DNA of 64,000 nucleotides from Amphiscolops sp. MND2022 (lineage: Eukaryota): NCBI GenBank assembly GCA_964187785.1, contig OZ076415.1, positions 15,810,001 through 15,874,000 on the forward strand, given 5' to 3'. Positions within the stretch are counted from its first letter, which is position 1; the number at the start of each line of letters is the position of its first letter. The translations under genes and the position numbers were made by a program. The notes under the pieces were generated by a model. That model ran no database searches. It was not told where the DNA came from and was given only the letters and a program-made list of their open reading frames with translations. Of this stretch, positions 21,936 through 33,064 are shown piece after piece.

Positions 21936-22975
21936 TTTACCGCATTAGAAAACTTCCGGAAGTGTTTGAAAATCTGAACGAAACGTGTTATCACGCGTTT
22001 ACTAATGGAAACAGGAAGCATATTGTGAACGGATTTAACCCTGATCAAGTTAGATTTAGTTCGAAATAAAAACAAACCAACCTTCAGAAGAAGACATCCT
22101 GGGATTGAATTGGATGTGGGAACGAGTCCTTGTCCGGCTATAGGAGTTGATGGATATGGCCGAAACCGGCTGGAGAAGGGGGATCAAGGGTTGCTCTGGG
22201 ACGAAGAATCGGCTAAGAAGTAATGCGTGCAAGAAAATGAGTATCAGTCGAGAGGAAACAAATAAAAGATAATCAGAATTGAAATGGAATTAAAATTGGG
22301 TAGAAGAATTGAAGAAATTGGAAAGTTGGAGTTCGTGGCTGAAGATTATTACCAGACTAATATTATGGATTATCTACATATTTATTCTGTACATGGAGTC
22401 TGCCAGCGAAGTGTACAAAGAACTTTGTTGTTTGCAGCTTATTTAGTTAGAGGCCAGTTATGGCCGTTTACCCTGTTTTGTTTTGCCGTTTTGTCCAGTT
22501 ACCCTAGTTACCTTTAGCTAAAATTTTCGCCACCTTGGATTATTTGGATTTATTATTTTCGCCATTTTGTTATTCAATCTTACAACTTATCGAAGCTTAA
22601 CGCTGATTGGCTGAAGCCATTTTGAAAGAATTCTGCGTCGCGTGTCGTCAATTGCCATCAGGCAAACCGTTAATTACCCACTTGAAACGGGTGAAGATAA
22701 TATTTACAACTCAAGCGTCATTAACACCTCTCAGAGTGATGGTGCTGATAGGGGGTAAACACTGAGTTATCAAAGGACGCCGACTAATTATAAAATTCCA
22801 TTCAGGAATGTTTACGTCGGATCAGGGCGATTTACCGATAACTCGACCGCCAAAAAGTGAATTGCCGGGAAAAAGCCCGAGTCGACTAAATTTTGAGTTG
22901 GTAATTTCATTCCACTTTAAATCTCACTCAAACTAGTTAACTTTCCCAATCAGCAAAATTGCTAAGAAACTCATA

Positions 22976-23761
22976 TTGCAAAGGTATAACCTAACTAAAA
23001 AGCTCTTTGATCTTGAAGAAGACTCAAAAAGTTCAGTGGATTCAGTGATCTACATCTCAAGTGACAGTGAGAATGAAGTCTCAAGTTCCTGGGACTCAGA
23101 CTGGTCCACGGATACAGAAGAGATCATAGAAAGAATAGAACGAGAGGTGAAAGCAGCTCCAACCCCTATAGCGAGACGCGGGATGACGACAGAAGAAGTA
23201 GACGACGAGATGGCAGCTGGACCAAGCAGTGCTTGGCCTGTTCCGCCCTCTACCCCTAAACTGGGATTCGAGTATTTTAACAAGGAAATGTGCTTGGCTC
23301 CATCGAAAAGGCAAAGAAAATCAAAAGTCGAGCTCTGTGCAACTGTAGTACCCGTTCTGGAGTCCCCACAGTCTCCTCCCGACCATGAAAGGGGACCGAG
23401 CATTGACACCCCTCTTGCGCAGTCAACCTCTGGATCTTTCTATGCGTCCTATCATGTGCAAAATACCGAGCCTTATCAGGACGTGAGCCAAAATTTGCAC
23501 ACAGGCTGTATGGTATGCGGCAAATCGAGAGATCAAATAAAAACAGAAAAGGTGAACTGGTACATGCAAAGATCGACACCTAGCAGTGAGCCCGCTTATA
23601 TCACCGCCCTACGACGAGAGGCTTATGAAAATGGCTTGAACGCAGGAAGTTTACTTTTCCTAACACCCGCAGTGTCGCAGGCTGCCGCCTGTGATGGTAC
23701 AAGGATTACTACTACCGCAGAAGGACAGGAAATAGCAGCCGGAACTCTACCAATATATTAG
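22976..23761 (+). CDS. E2 accessory ORF-C, 261 aa, unknown function, with a CxxC motif; last ~30 codons lie in the 3' LTR
   Basis: Long open ORF with GCMVCGKS. The C-terminal VSQAAACDG motif is also seen in E1 and E4. The likely start is a near-cognate codon or a downstream ATG. Confidence 0.7.
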   Translation: MQRYNLTKKLFDLEEDSKSSVDSVIYISSDSENEVSSSWDSDWSTDTEEIIERIEREVKAAPTPIARRGMTTEEVDDEMAAGPSSAWPVPPSTPKLGFEYFNKEMCLAPSKRQRKSKVELCATVVPVLESPQSPPDHERGPSIDTPLAQSTSGSFYASYHVQNTEPYQDVSQNLHTGCMVCGKSRDQIKTEKVNWYMQRSTPSSEPAYITALRREAYENGLNAGSLLFLTPAVSQAAACDGTRITTTAEGQEIAAGTLPIY

Positions 23762-25610
23762 AGGTAAACATTAAAAACACAAACTTTGCTATTATTTTTT
23801 AGTCTACTATTTGTACCTGTTATCGTTGCTAATTTTACATTTAGTATATAGTTTGCTGATATTAGTCCGTTAATGCCAACATTTGAAAGATCAGAGGATG
23901 TATTAACAATTATAAAAGCTAGAAGTGCAGTATAAACACGCTGTTATAGCAATAGATAGGCAGCTAGAAAGCGTAAAGTAAACGAATTCAAGTGAACGTA
24001 ACTCCAATTCCGGAGACGTCACTTGAGCTCAACCTGTTAGCCAATCATATTCATCCATTTGAGTAATATCAGTGCTGTATTTAATTAATGGCCGGTTTAG
24101 GCCATATGCCGGAATTTCATCTTTATTTATTGGCGCTTTAGTCAAACGGCCGGTTTCGGCCTTAATGTTCAGACGAAAGAATATTAATGTAAGCACTGAT
24201 GTGTTTCGTTAAATAGTAGTCTAATCATGTTGCTGTGCTAATTAAACGTTCATTTTAGCTAATTGGCGCTTTATTTTATCCATTTCAATATTAGGCCGAC
24301 TAAGGCCATTTGCCTGACTTCTATCCTCTATTACTGTGGCCAATTGGACAGTGGCCGGTTAAGGCCCCTTTTCAATACTATTATTCAGATGCTAATTACA
24401 ATCATTTAGTGTACTTTAAATGTCATGTATAGTTACAAGTACGTCGTAAAGACTCATGTAGCTCTTGAAATTAATTGACGAAATCGATACCAATGTATGA
24501 TGTTGCTACCAATATTAGTCCAAAGGACATGTCTGGCCTTATTTGCTAGTTGACACGTGGAATCTGTGTGCATATTATATTAAGGAAAATATGCGCTGTT
24601 ACATGTAACATTGTTGTATACAAGTTGATCTAGCCTGCTAACGGGGCACGTGCCGACACGAGATTGTCAGCATTCCTGAAATATTAGCGGCGTAAACATT
24701 TTAATCGATGCTATTTGATGTACTGTGTGCCTTTTGAATACTTGTTAAAGATGTCAAAACAGGAATTTGAACGGCCGCGTGACCTTATGATCACAATTCG
24801 GCGGTACTTTGATGCTTACATAGTTGAGTTAAGTCAGGTGCTTTCGGAATGTGTTTGTAACATTTTTGACTGCTTGTATCATGTTTATCCCGCCCGAGGA
24901 AGAATATATAGAAGCAACTTCCTCCGGGTGGACACAATTTTGTTTTGCTCCTAATATTCAGTTGATAACGCTTTTCCGTTAACAATCACTAATTCTGTTT
25001 TCCGGTTCTGATAATTTAATTATTCTACCCGGTTTAGTCTTGATGCCTACTACTAGAAAACAAAAGAAGGCAAGGAAATCTGGAGGATTGGAAATTCTCT
25101 CTGATATTGAAAACCTTGATATAATGTTAGGAGAGAACCATGTTGATGGAACAGAAAGAGACGAAAGTCTCGAAAGAACCTCTACCATGAGACAAGAAAG
25201 TATCACTAGTAATAACTTAGAAAACGAAGGACTAGGCCCTTATGCCGGTTATGGAAACCATAGAGCTGGGACTAATGCCATTCATGGCCAGAATTCAGCA
25301 AGTGTAGATTCTCAAGCTGAGATTAACAAACTATCGAGTGAATTAAACTCCAGAATATCAAGGGAGATGGATGAGATGATGAATAGTGTCAGTTCTCAGA
25401 TCCAAAGAGCCATAAACGATGCTATTAATAACCAGGTCTCACCCCAAATCCAGGACGTTATTATGGCCGGCTCAGGACAGGAGACTAGAAGGGGATGGGA
25501 GAGATCTGATGAGAGACCGGAAAGTTATTCCGAAGTTCAACACAACGCGAAAGCTAAAACTACTCTCAATCGTGAACACAGTGACAAAAATAACCGTAAT
25601 GTTCATGACA
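23673..25610 (+). repeat. E2 3' LTR (1938 bp)
   Basis: TGTCGCAG...CATGACA followed by TSD TTTTG. Confidence 0.85.
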
Positions 25611-25627
25611 TTTTGCAAACAACCTGA
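25043..25627 (+). CDS. gag: Gag N-terminal segment carried in the E2 3' LTR, reading 5 codons into flanking DNA
   Basis: MPTTRKQKKARKS...LSDIENLDIMLG aligns with E1 Gag MPSTRKQKAREKRS...MSDIENLDVMLG. Homology ends at GAC A (25610). Confidence 0.8.
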   Translation: MPTTRKQKKARKSGGLEILSDIENLDIMLGENHVDGTERDESLERTSTMRQESITSNNLENEGLGPYAGYGNHRAGTNAIHGQNSASVDSQAEINKLSSELNSRISREMDEMMNSVSSQIQRAINDAINNQVSPQIQDVIMAGSGQETRRGWERSDERPESYSEVQHNAKAKTTLNREHSDKNNRNVHDILQTT

Positions 25628-26869
25628 ATAGATGCTGTCTAGAGTTGGAATTTCCACTATCACAATTCCACGCGGATTCTTGAAATCCTTTGAGACAACA
25701 CCGAAATTTGTCAAGTTTAAACAAAATGTTTTCTTCTCAACTGGGATATATTCCGCCCTGAGTTATTCTAGCTTCAATATATTTTTAGGGCTCGAGTAGA
25801 TACTACAAAACAGGCACAAAACGTTTAATCGGTCAATATTTTTATCTTGTCGAACAATTTGGTAGTCAAAAGTTAAACCAATTTTTGTTTCAAAATTATG
25901 CTGAAAGTCTATTTGTTTTTTTTCTTGCATTTCGCACTGGATATTTGTCCAGGCCGGAAAGTTTGAAATTTCAACCGAAGCTGCGTTAATTCGTTTGAGA
26001 ATACAAAAAATTCCCAATTCATGCTTAGTTTAAGTTCATTTTATGATCATTTTAGGAGTCATTCTTTCCGAAAGAAAAAACACAGTTCTCCGGAAATTGA
26101 AAAACTTTCATGCTGGTAGCAGACTGTCGAAAATCTTTTAAGAAAACAACTAAAACATTTCGAAGAAGCAACAGCTGCTAAGTTATAAGAACGTATTAGA
26201 ACGTATTAGAGGTTGAGCAGTAGAGACAGAATTTTAGATGAGCGCGTGTGTCAAATGTCTTTTGGCGATATTATGTTTATATTCTGTCCGTGGATACAAG
26301 AGAGAGCTCGTTTTAGAAAACTTATTTTAAACATGAACAGGAGCAGTATGTATCCTCGACAATACACCGAGAAGTCGAAAAATTGACAAAAATTTCTTCA
26401 CGAATAATAGTCGCAGTTCAAATCGATTTTCTGCACCTAAAAACCCTTTACCTAATCTTTCAATTGCACACTAGATAGGTTGGATGTTGACGTCACTTTT
26501 GCGTTGGGTGAGAGCTGGGACTTTCAAATGTCAGTCGAAACAACTCAAAACTGTAGCCTGAATGAAAAAAGCTTCCATAAGCGTTTTCAGTGATGACCTA
26601 CTGTGTTACTAGAGCGGGTCAGTAACTTAGCAAACAGTTGCTAATTTTCTGAAAAATATTTTTTTGAGAATTTTCATCTTTGTCCAGTTACTTTTTTGAC
26701 GGTGGCTCGGAAAAAAACAACTGACACATATTAGCAACTCACGCCAGATAGTCAAGATAGTCAAGGAAATTGTCAAAAAGAGAGACAATTTTTCCCATTC
26801 GCCTTTTCCGTTTCGTATTTTTTGATTGCTTGCTAAAAAAATCGCTGTCTTCATTGGGGACGAAATCAC

Positions 26870-29800
26870 TGTCGAGGGTATGATAATCTCTCACAATGCC
26901 TGTCGCATCTCTCATGTGACTTTTTCTAACTGAGGTAACTTTCCTTTTGGTTTAGCACTGAGTTAGGAATATACGGAAAACATATGGTCTTCTTCGTTTG
27001 CCTGTGACAACAATCTGGAGCTTCGGAGTTCCGTTTTAGTCATGTTGATCTGTGGCCCACATTACCATTATATCCATCTCTGAGATTATTTGGGCTCGCC
27101 TGAAACTGAGGGATCACTTCTCGTAGATTTCCAAGTCAACAACATTTAGAATGTGAGCATCAAGGGCATTCTTCATCTTTTCCATTAGGTGAGATTATTT
27201 TGCCTAGTTCTCCTGACAATAATTCTGTGTTTTTCATGTTTTTCATTGTCCTTCACTATTTTCCACACTATTGGAAGTATCCATAGATCTGAATTCCTCC
27301 GTATTTGAGATTCTACCCAATTGAGGTAAATGGGACATGAAATCAGTACCTGCTTCTCTGGTTCTCGAATTGTCTCAAAATTCATTGACACCAAGAATTT
27401 CCTAACTTTACGATGATATCTTCAGAATTGGACAATACGTTAAATTGACATGACTTATTTTCTTTTGCTTTCTGCTTTGTAGTTGACGGTGTTTTAAACG
27501 GCGTGAGATATACAACTTCAAATGTTCGACCGAATGAGGACAATGTCAAACCGAATCGAACTAATTATGTTGAGTCGAACTCACAATGTTGACAAACGAC
27601 CTGCCACCTGACGACGACGAGAATTCAAGGACACGCGCCACTGGCCAGCCATGTGGGAAGTAATTTAAATAACTGCTCGCGAAAATGTAAGATTCCGAAA
27701 ATAGCTTTTTAACAGACCAAATAGCAATATCAAGTTACTAAGTCTCGAAGCTCCACACATATCCAGAAGAGCGCAGTTCATCAACCAGAAGGAGGGGCAT
27801 GGAATGAGCGAACTCACACTGCGAATGTTATTGATTTGTGTACCTCTATAATGTTTGGCCATGATCTTTGTCTTCGTCTTCTACATTTGTCTTTAACCCT
27901 GTTTCTCTCAACTGCGTTTTTCATTTAAAGATTCAACTTTCTCGAATTGCACGTTTTTTCTGATGAATGGTCAATCAGACCGAAAAAGTTCAGGTAACTC
28001 TTTCAGTCCCACATTTTGGCCGGAAATAAAAATGGCAAGTTTTCATCAGCAAGATAATTTGGAAATTTCTGTTACCTGTAGCTTTTGGTATATGTATAAC
28101 CACCTTGTTCACATTGCGAAACGAAGGCTGTCATCGTACTGAAAGTAGCATTTCTATATGCTGTCAAATTGACATAAAACGTACGTTATTCTATACTTAA
28201 TATTACAACAAATGTTGACATTGCGTCATGTTAAAGACATTAACGTCTGTTACTACTAACAAAAGATACTAAAAAGAACCCGTTCAGAAATTTTACATGT
28301 TATTATCTGTAACAAACAAATTAATGTCCAATATTTTTTTCATGGGCGTCTTTATTTCGATGTATTTTGTTCCTTAATAATAAAATAAGCACAAACGCAC
28401 TAGTAGCTCGGGGAATCTTGCATTACGACGCATAACCCTACACTTTTTGAAAAGAGCGGAATCGACTGCTAACCGCATGTAGGACCTACAGGACCTGGAA
28501 TTTGCTGTTTTAAATGACGGATTTCAAAGACATGCTTTATAACACATGCAGCGGAATCCGCTTTCATTTTTTTCTGGATTCCGGGGACAAATCTCTTTAC
28601 ATTAAAATTTTAGTCGTTCCCAGAGGCAAACAAATCTTATTATTTTAGACAGCAGCGGATTCCGCAGTCACTGTACCGGAATCCGGGGTCATATAATATT
28701 GCACAGCATTAAAACAGCGAATTCCAGAGGGTTCTAGCTTCTCTAACGGTATGCAGCAAGCATTAATCTGAAGAATCCGCTGTCATAACCACTGTTCAAC
28801 CCGAAAGCAGCTGTCACACACAGCTGTCAGCGGTTTCGGCTTCACAAAATGAACAGTTTATTACAAGCTTGCATTAGTTTGCGGAATCCGCTGTCACTAC
28901 CCCGGAATCCGGGGTTAGCAGCGGATTCCGCGATTGCGAGCTAGCCAATGCAGCGGATTCCGCTGATTTGCCTTATCGTCAACTGGAAACGCGAGAAAGT
29001 AAACACGGCAGTTTAGTCCCTGAATTCCGCGCAGCCAATTCCGTTCTTTGTGGTTTGCATGTTATAAAGCTTGGCCCAGGATTCCGCTGCTCAAACGGCT
29101 CAACTTTGAGCCGCACTAAAAGTGTAGGGTGATGCGTCGTAATGTGGTCCAGTGTGCACGTGCATCGAATGACTGACTTTGGTTGGTTATTAAAAGTGGT
29201 AAACAACTTGTCAACTAGACCTTAGCATCGTACAAGTTGAACGGGTTTCATTTCTGACTGCACAGCTGCTTGTTTCTTGATTATATGGCTTGCCCCAACG
29301 CCATCCATTGTAAGTATCAGCTTCTACGTTAAGTACATGATCTCAAAACATACATAAAGCCATATCAGTTACATAGCTTTAATAAATGCAAAATGAACGT
29401 TTCACATGACAGTGGGTTTGTTGACATCAAGCTGACCTCGGATCCACCTAAAGAGGAAGTACCTGTGTGGGTAAGGACGTTGTTTTCTCACGGGGTTATG
29501 TCATATACATTCCCATCACAGGCGGCCGCATGAGACAGTTCAGGGAACAAAGCGGAAAGTCCAACATTGCATTCCTGCTTGGTAAGCATCCCTTTTCCTC
29601 CGTCTTCCATTTTATGTTTCCGCAGCCAGTGACGTTCGCGAAATATAGTCCAGTGCGGTGGGTTTTTTGATATGCTTAAATGATTTCCCACATACTACGC
29701 AATACACACTAATGGCTGTCCACACTGGTTTTGTTATTTCCTGGCTTCGGGTGAGTTCTTCATCTGACGTGGGACATAACGGATGTTTGGGAGGTATTGG

Positions 29801-30000
29801 TTCAACTTCGCGGGCAACCCAATAGAATGATTTATCTTCAACCTTGGGTCTCTATTAACCGATCCCATGCTCCAAATTGCCTCCCAATTAGAATAACGAG
29901 GCGTGGTACACCTGTCGACTTGAGAAGACCCAAAGAAAGGCATAATCCCAATGCCTTGGCCCAAAACTGTTGTCATCTCCTCCCGTGTATTAGTTGTGGA
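26870..30000 (-). mobile_element. Decayed Gypsy relative E4: ORF-C remnant plus putative 3' LTR 26870-29537 with a gag N-terminus remnant
   Basis: LSHAAACDG (29488-29691) with TGTC in the same codon phase as E2. PSTTKQKAKENKSCQFNVLSNSEDIIVKLG near 27490 resembles the Gag start. The end reads ...ACC CTC GAC A at 26870. The distal boundary near 30000 is approximate. Confidence 0.6.
28450..29090. repeat. Cluster of about 10 GCGGAATCC/GGATTCCGC motifs in both orientations
   Basis: Copies at about 28553, 28576, 28657, 28678, 28883, 28904, 28923, 28955 and 29079. Confidence 0.8.
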
Positions 30001-30611
30001 GGGAAGACTTGCATCTCCCTGTAAATAGCAATGACATTGGTATCAATTTATTTTTGGTTGCTTTCGTCTGAGGTATAGGAGTATTCTTCAATCTACCATC
30101 CTTGTTTCACAAGGGTTTCTTGACTCGTAATGTCGAATGGCAAAAAGTTGTCCGTTTTGACAAGAGATGAATCTTGAACTTGAGCGTAGTATGCATGTTT
30201 TGTGAGTGAAACAATGTTTTGAAAACTTTGAGCAATAATGACAAATTATATTGGAAAACTTGGGATAATCGATCATAGAAACTTGATGTTGTACCGGTGG
30301 GAGAACACTTTGGATTTGACATTCAACTAGAGTGCCATGTTAAGTGCTTGAATATCTAAGGGTTGAAAACCGAGTTTGAATGTGACCATAGATTATAAAA
30401 GCTCTATAAACTTTCCAGGAAGATATGTATTATCTAAGCCATCAAAAATTTTATGGGGTCTGGGAGAGCAGCGAAAGGAACAGAAGGTAACATCTGTAGA
30501 ACATGTAATGGAGGTGCTGTAATTAGAGAATTATTTTATATACGATAACGCAGTGAATTAGGAGGTAACTGCGAAGGGGGCAATAATTGAGGAAAGTTTT
30601 GAAAGATTGGT

Positions 30612-30770
30612 TGCATAGAAGCAAGGGAACCACAAGGAGTGATAGGATAGTTTAAGTGTTTCAGGGATGCTTGGTGATTATTGGTGGATACTATCTACCA
30701 ATAATCACCAAGCATCCCTGAAACACTTAAACTATCCTACCACTCCTTATGGTTCTCTTGCTTCTATGCA
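30612..30770. repeat. Palindrome with 78-bp arms and 3-nt loop
   Basis: TGCATAGAAGC...TTGGTGGAT / ATCTACCAA...GCTTCTATGCA; 4 mismatches, all transitions. Confidence 0.93.
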
Positions 30771-30804
30771 TATAATATAATAACTTCTCGATATGTGTTC
30801 TCAG

Positions 30805-31062
30805 CCTCAAACACATTCTTTATCGCAACCAATAGCTACCTACTCTTTTGTACAAACTCCCACGACACACAATAGTCACGCCGTCTCTCAGAATCCCACT
30901 ATAGCAACAATAAACTTTGATTTTTTTTCTGTACTACAGAAAAAAATCAAAGTTTATTGTTGCTATAGTGGGATTCTGAGAGACGGCGTGACTATTGTGT
31001 GTCGTGGGAGTTTGTACAAAAGAGTAGGTAGCTATTGGTTGCGCGAAAGAATGTGTTTGAGG
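30805..31062. repeat. Palindrome with ~129-bp arms centred on 30934
   Basis: CCTCAAACAC...CTGTA-c-TACAG...GTGTTTGAGG; 2 mismatches and a 1-nt homopolymer indel. Confidence 0.93.
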
Positions 31063-31299
31063 TTCAGAAGTTACACCGTTTCCGCGTTGAGTGAAGCATA
31101 TCAGATTTTAAGTGAATCGTCTCGGCTTTCGTTCCAAATTTTCAGCCAATCACCGGCCACCAAACTAAAAGTGCTTTACAATCAGAATTCAAGTGAACTA
31201 TATCAGCTTCCAAGTGAGTTAGCGAATAAGAATCACCAACGACGCTTTCAAATTTAACAAACGCTGACCAAAGAGTGCTGTACATGTACACAAAATCGT

Positions 31300-33059
31300 A
31301 TGCGGCATTCGCTTACACTTTCATTCAAGCTGCGATTTCGTTCACATTATTTGAGATTTGCTGTAGCAAGCTAATCAATTTCTATTGGTTGTTCATTTAA
31401 CATCTGATGTGCTTCATTTAACGTGGAAACGGTGTATTATATCGAAGTGAGCTACAGGATATTTCAGTCTCAGATAGTCTCAATCGTTAGATAATGTTTA
31501 TGGTTGATTCTATTGGTCATATTTTGTGTAAAGGTAGTAAAAAAGGTACAGTTCACACTGTGGTATAACCTTGAGAAGAATTTGGTCGGTTATTAGTAAG
31601 AAGAAGGAAGTGGTGGAGGACCCAACTTGGAATGTGGATTGTCAGAACCATGGGCAAAGTAATGTAAACTTGGAGTAGATTTAAAAGTTTGCAAAACAAG
31701 GGCAGATGTAAACAAGTTAGTAATAGGTGGTTTTGATGATTTGCTTATGGTTTCACAGGACGGAGGAGATTATTGAGACTCTTATCAATACTCACGGAAT
31801 CGAAACTTAGATAGTTAAAGTGGTCTGAAGGAAAGTCAAGCTTTTTGCAAAGAGAAAGGTCTCATTCGTTAATTTCATCCGAAAAGAAGAAGTTTAAGAA
31901 GTTGAAATTGAGAAGGAATGTTGATTTACAGAGTTTCCGTTTGTATTAGGTTTTGAATTGCAAGTGTAACAAAGTTTTATGGCTTTTTAAAAAACCAATT
32001 ATAAGTTACTCTAGGTATTATAGATAGTGGTAGGACAATATTTTTTCGAAGAAGTTCGAAAGTGATTAGTTGTGTAGAGAATGGTAGTGAAAATTGAGGT
32101 TACTTCGGTGTTTTGAAGTGAGGTTTTGTGTCAATACAATATGAATACAGTGGAAGGAGAGGGAAGGAAAAAGCATTTTCCAAGTAAGTTTCAAATCGAG
32201 TTGAAATGTTTTGTATCAGGTTTTGAAAAAAATTCAGAGCGATTTTTGGGAACAAAATGGGAGCCACTTTTAGTTGAACCTAGCACGGATTAAAAGTGTC
32301 ACTGTTATTTACAAGAGGCACAGTGGTCTATTGTGGAATTGAAAGATAACATCAAGAATGATTTCAATAGGTATGGTGGATAAATTACGTGGAAGATATG
32401 AAAACTGTATGAATAAAAATGTTCCGAACTTATAAAAAAAGGGAAATGGAGTTGAAAAGAACAAAAGGAAGAGGAATGGTTACAGACAGCAGTTGTTAAA
32501 AAACGGTTATTATGGGTTGTAGCATATAGAAAACCAAAAAACTTGGGTTGGCGGTGTTTGCAAAAAATTCATGTTTTTCGTGGAAGGGTTTGTTAGAAAT
32601 GTTGTATCAAGTTCGGCGTTTGGTGTTAATTGGATTTGAGAATGAGCAGTGTTTACATTCTGTTTGAAACTGAGTTTCGGTGAAATAAGATAGGAGTTGA
32701 ACTTTGTGATAGTGTCTTGAAAAGGTAGTGATTAGTTAAGAGAGTTGACAATAAATTAGATAAGGTTTCAGGTTGGAGAGATGTGAATGACAAAATTTGG
32801 GGCAGGTCTGAGTTCCCTACAAGTGTTGCTAGAATATGTGAATGATATTACTGAGAAATGAAATTAATGACAGTTTTGTTTACCAATAGGTTAATATGGG
32901 AACAAGTCCGTAATATAATGATCAATCATCAAAACCATTTGAAGGAATGGAGTTTATAGTTTGTCTTGAAAATCTTAGTTTTGATTTAAAAGTTTTTTCA
33001 CTGCTCAAATGGTTTTTGTCCTGCAGATCAGGTGGGGCATCAGCGATTTTGGACTAAGC
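31300..33059 (-). mobile_element. Possible heavily decayed non-LTR (LINE) remnant, continuing at 39727-40320 beyond the BEL insertion
   Basis: Only fragmentary motifs (LVGNSDLP resembling endonuclease GDFN; a KYLGV-like stretch) and strand-biased composition. No long ORF; boundaries are approximate. Confidence 0.3.
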
Positions 33060-33064
33060 GTCTA

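Larger units (their letters stand above)
16321..25610 (+). mobile_element. Gypsy-type element E2, internally deleted (no PBS, most of gag and all of pol absent), retaining accessory genes
   Basis: Ends TGTC...GACA, flanked by TTTTG on both sides (16316-16320, 25611-25615). A 1393-bp direct repeat at offset 7352. The gag N-terminus is homologous to E1. Confidence 0.87.
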
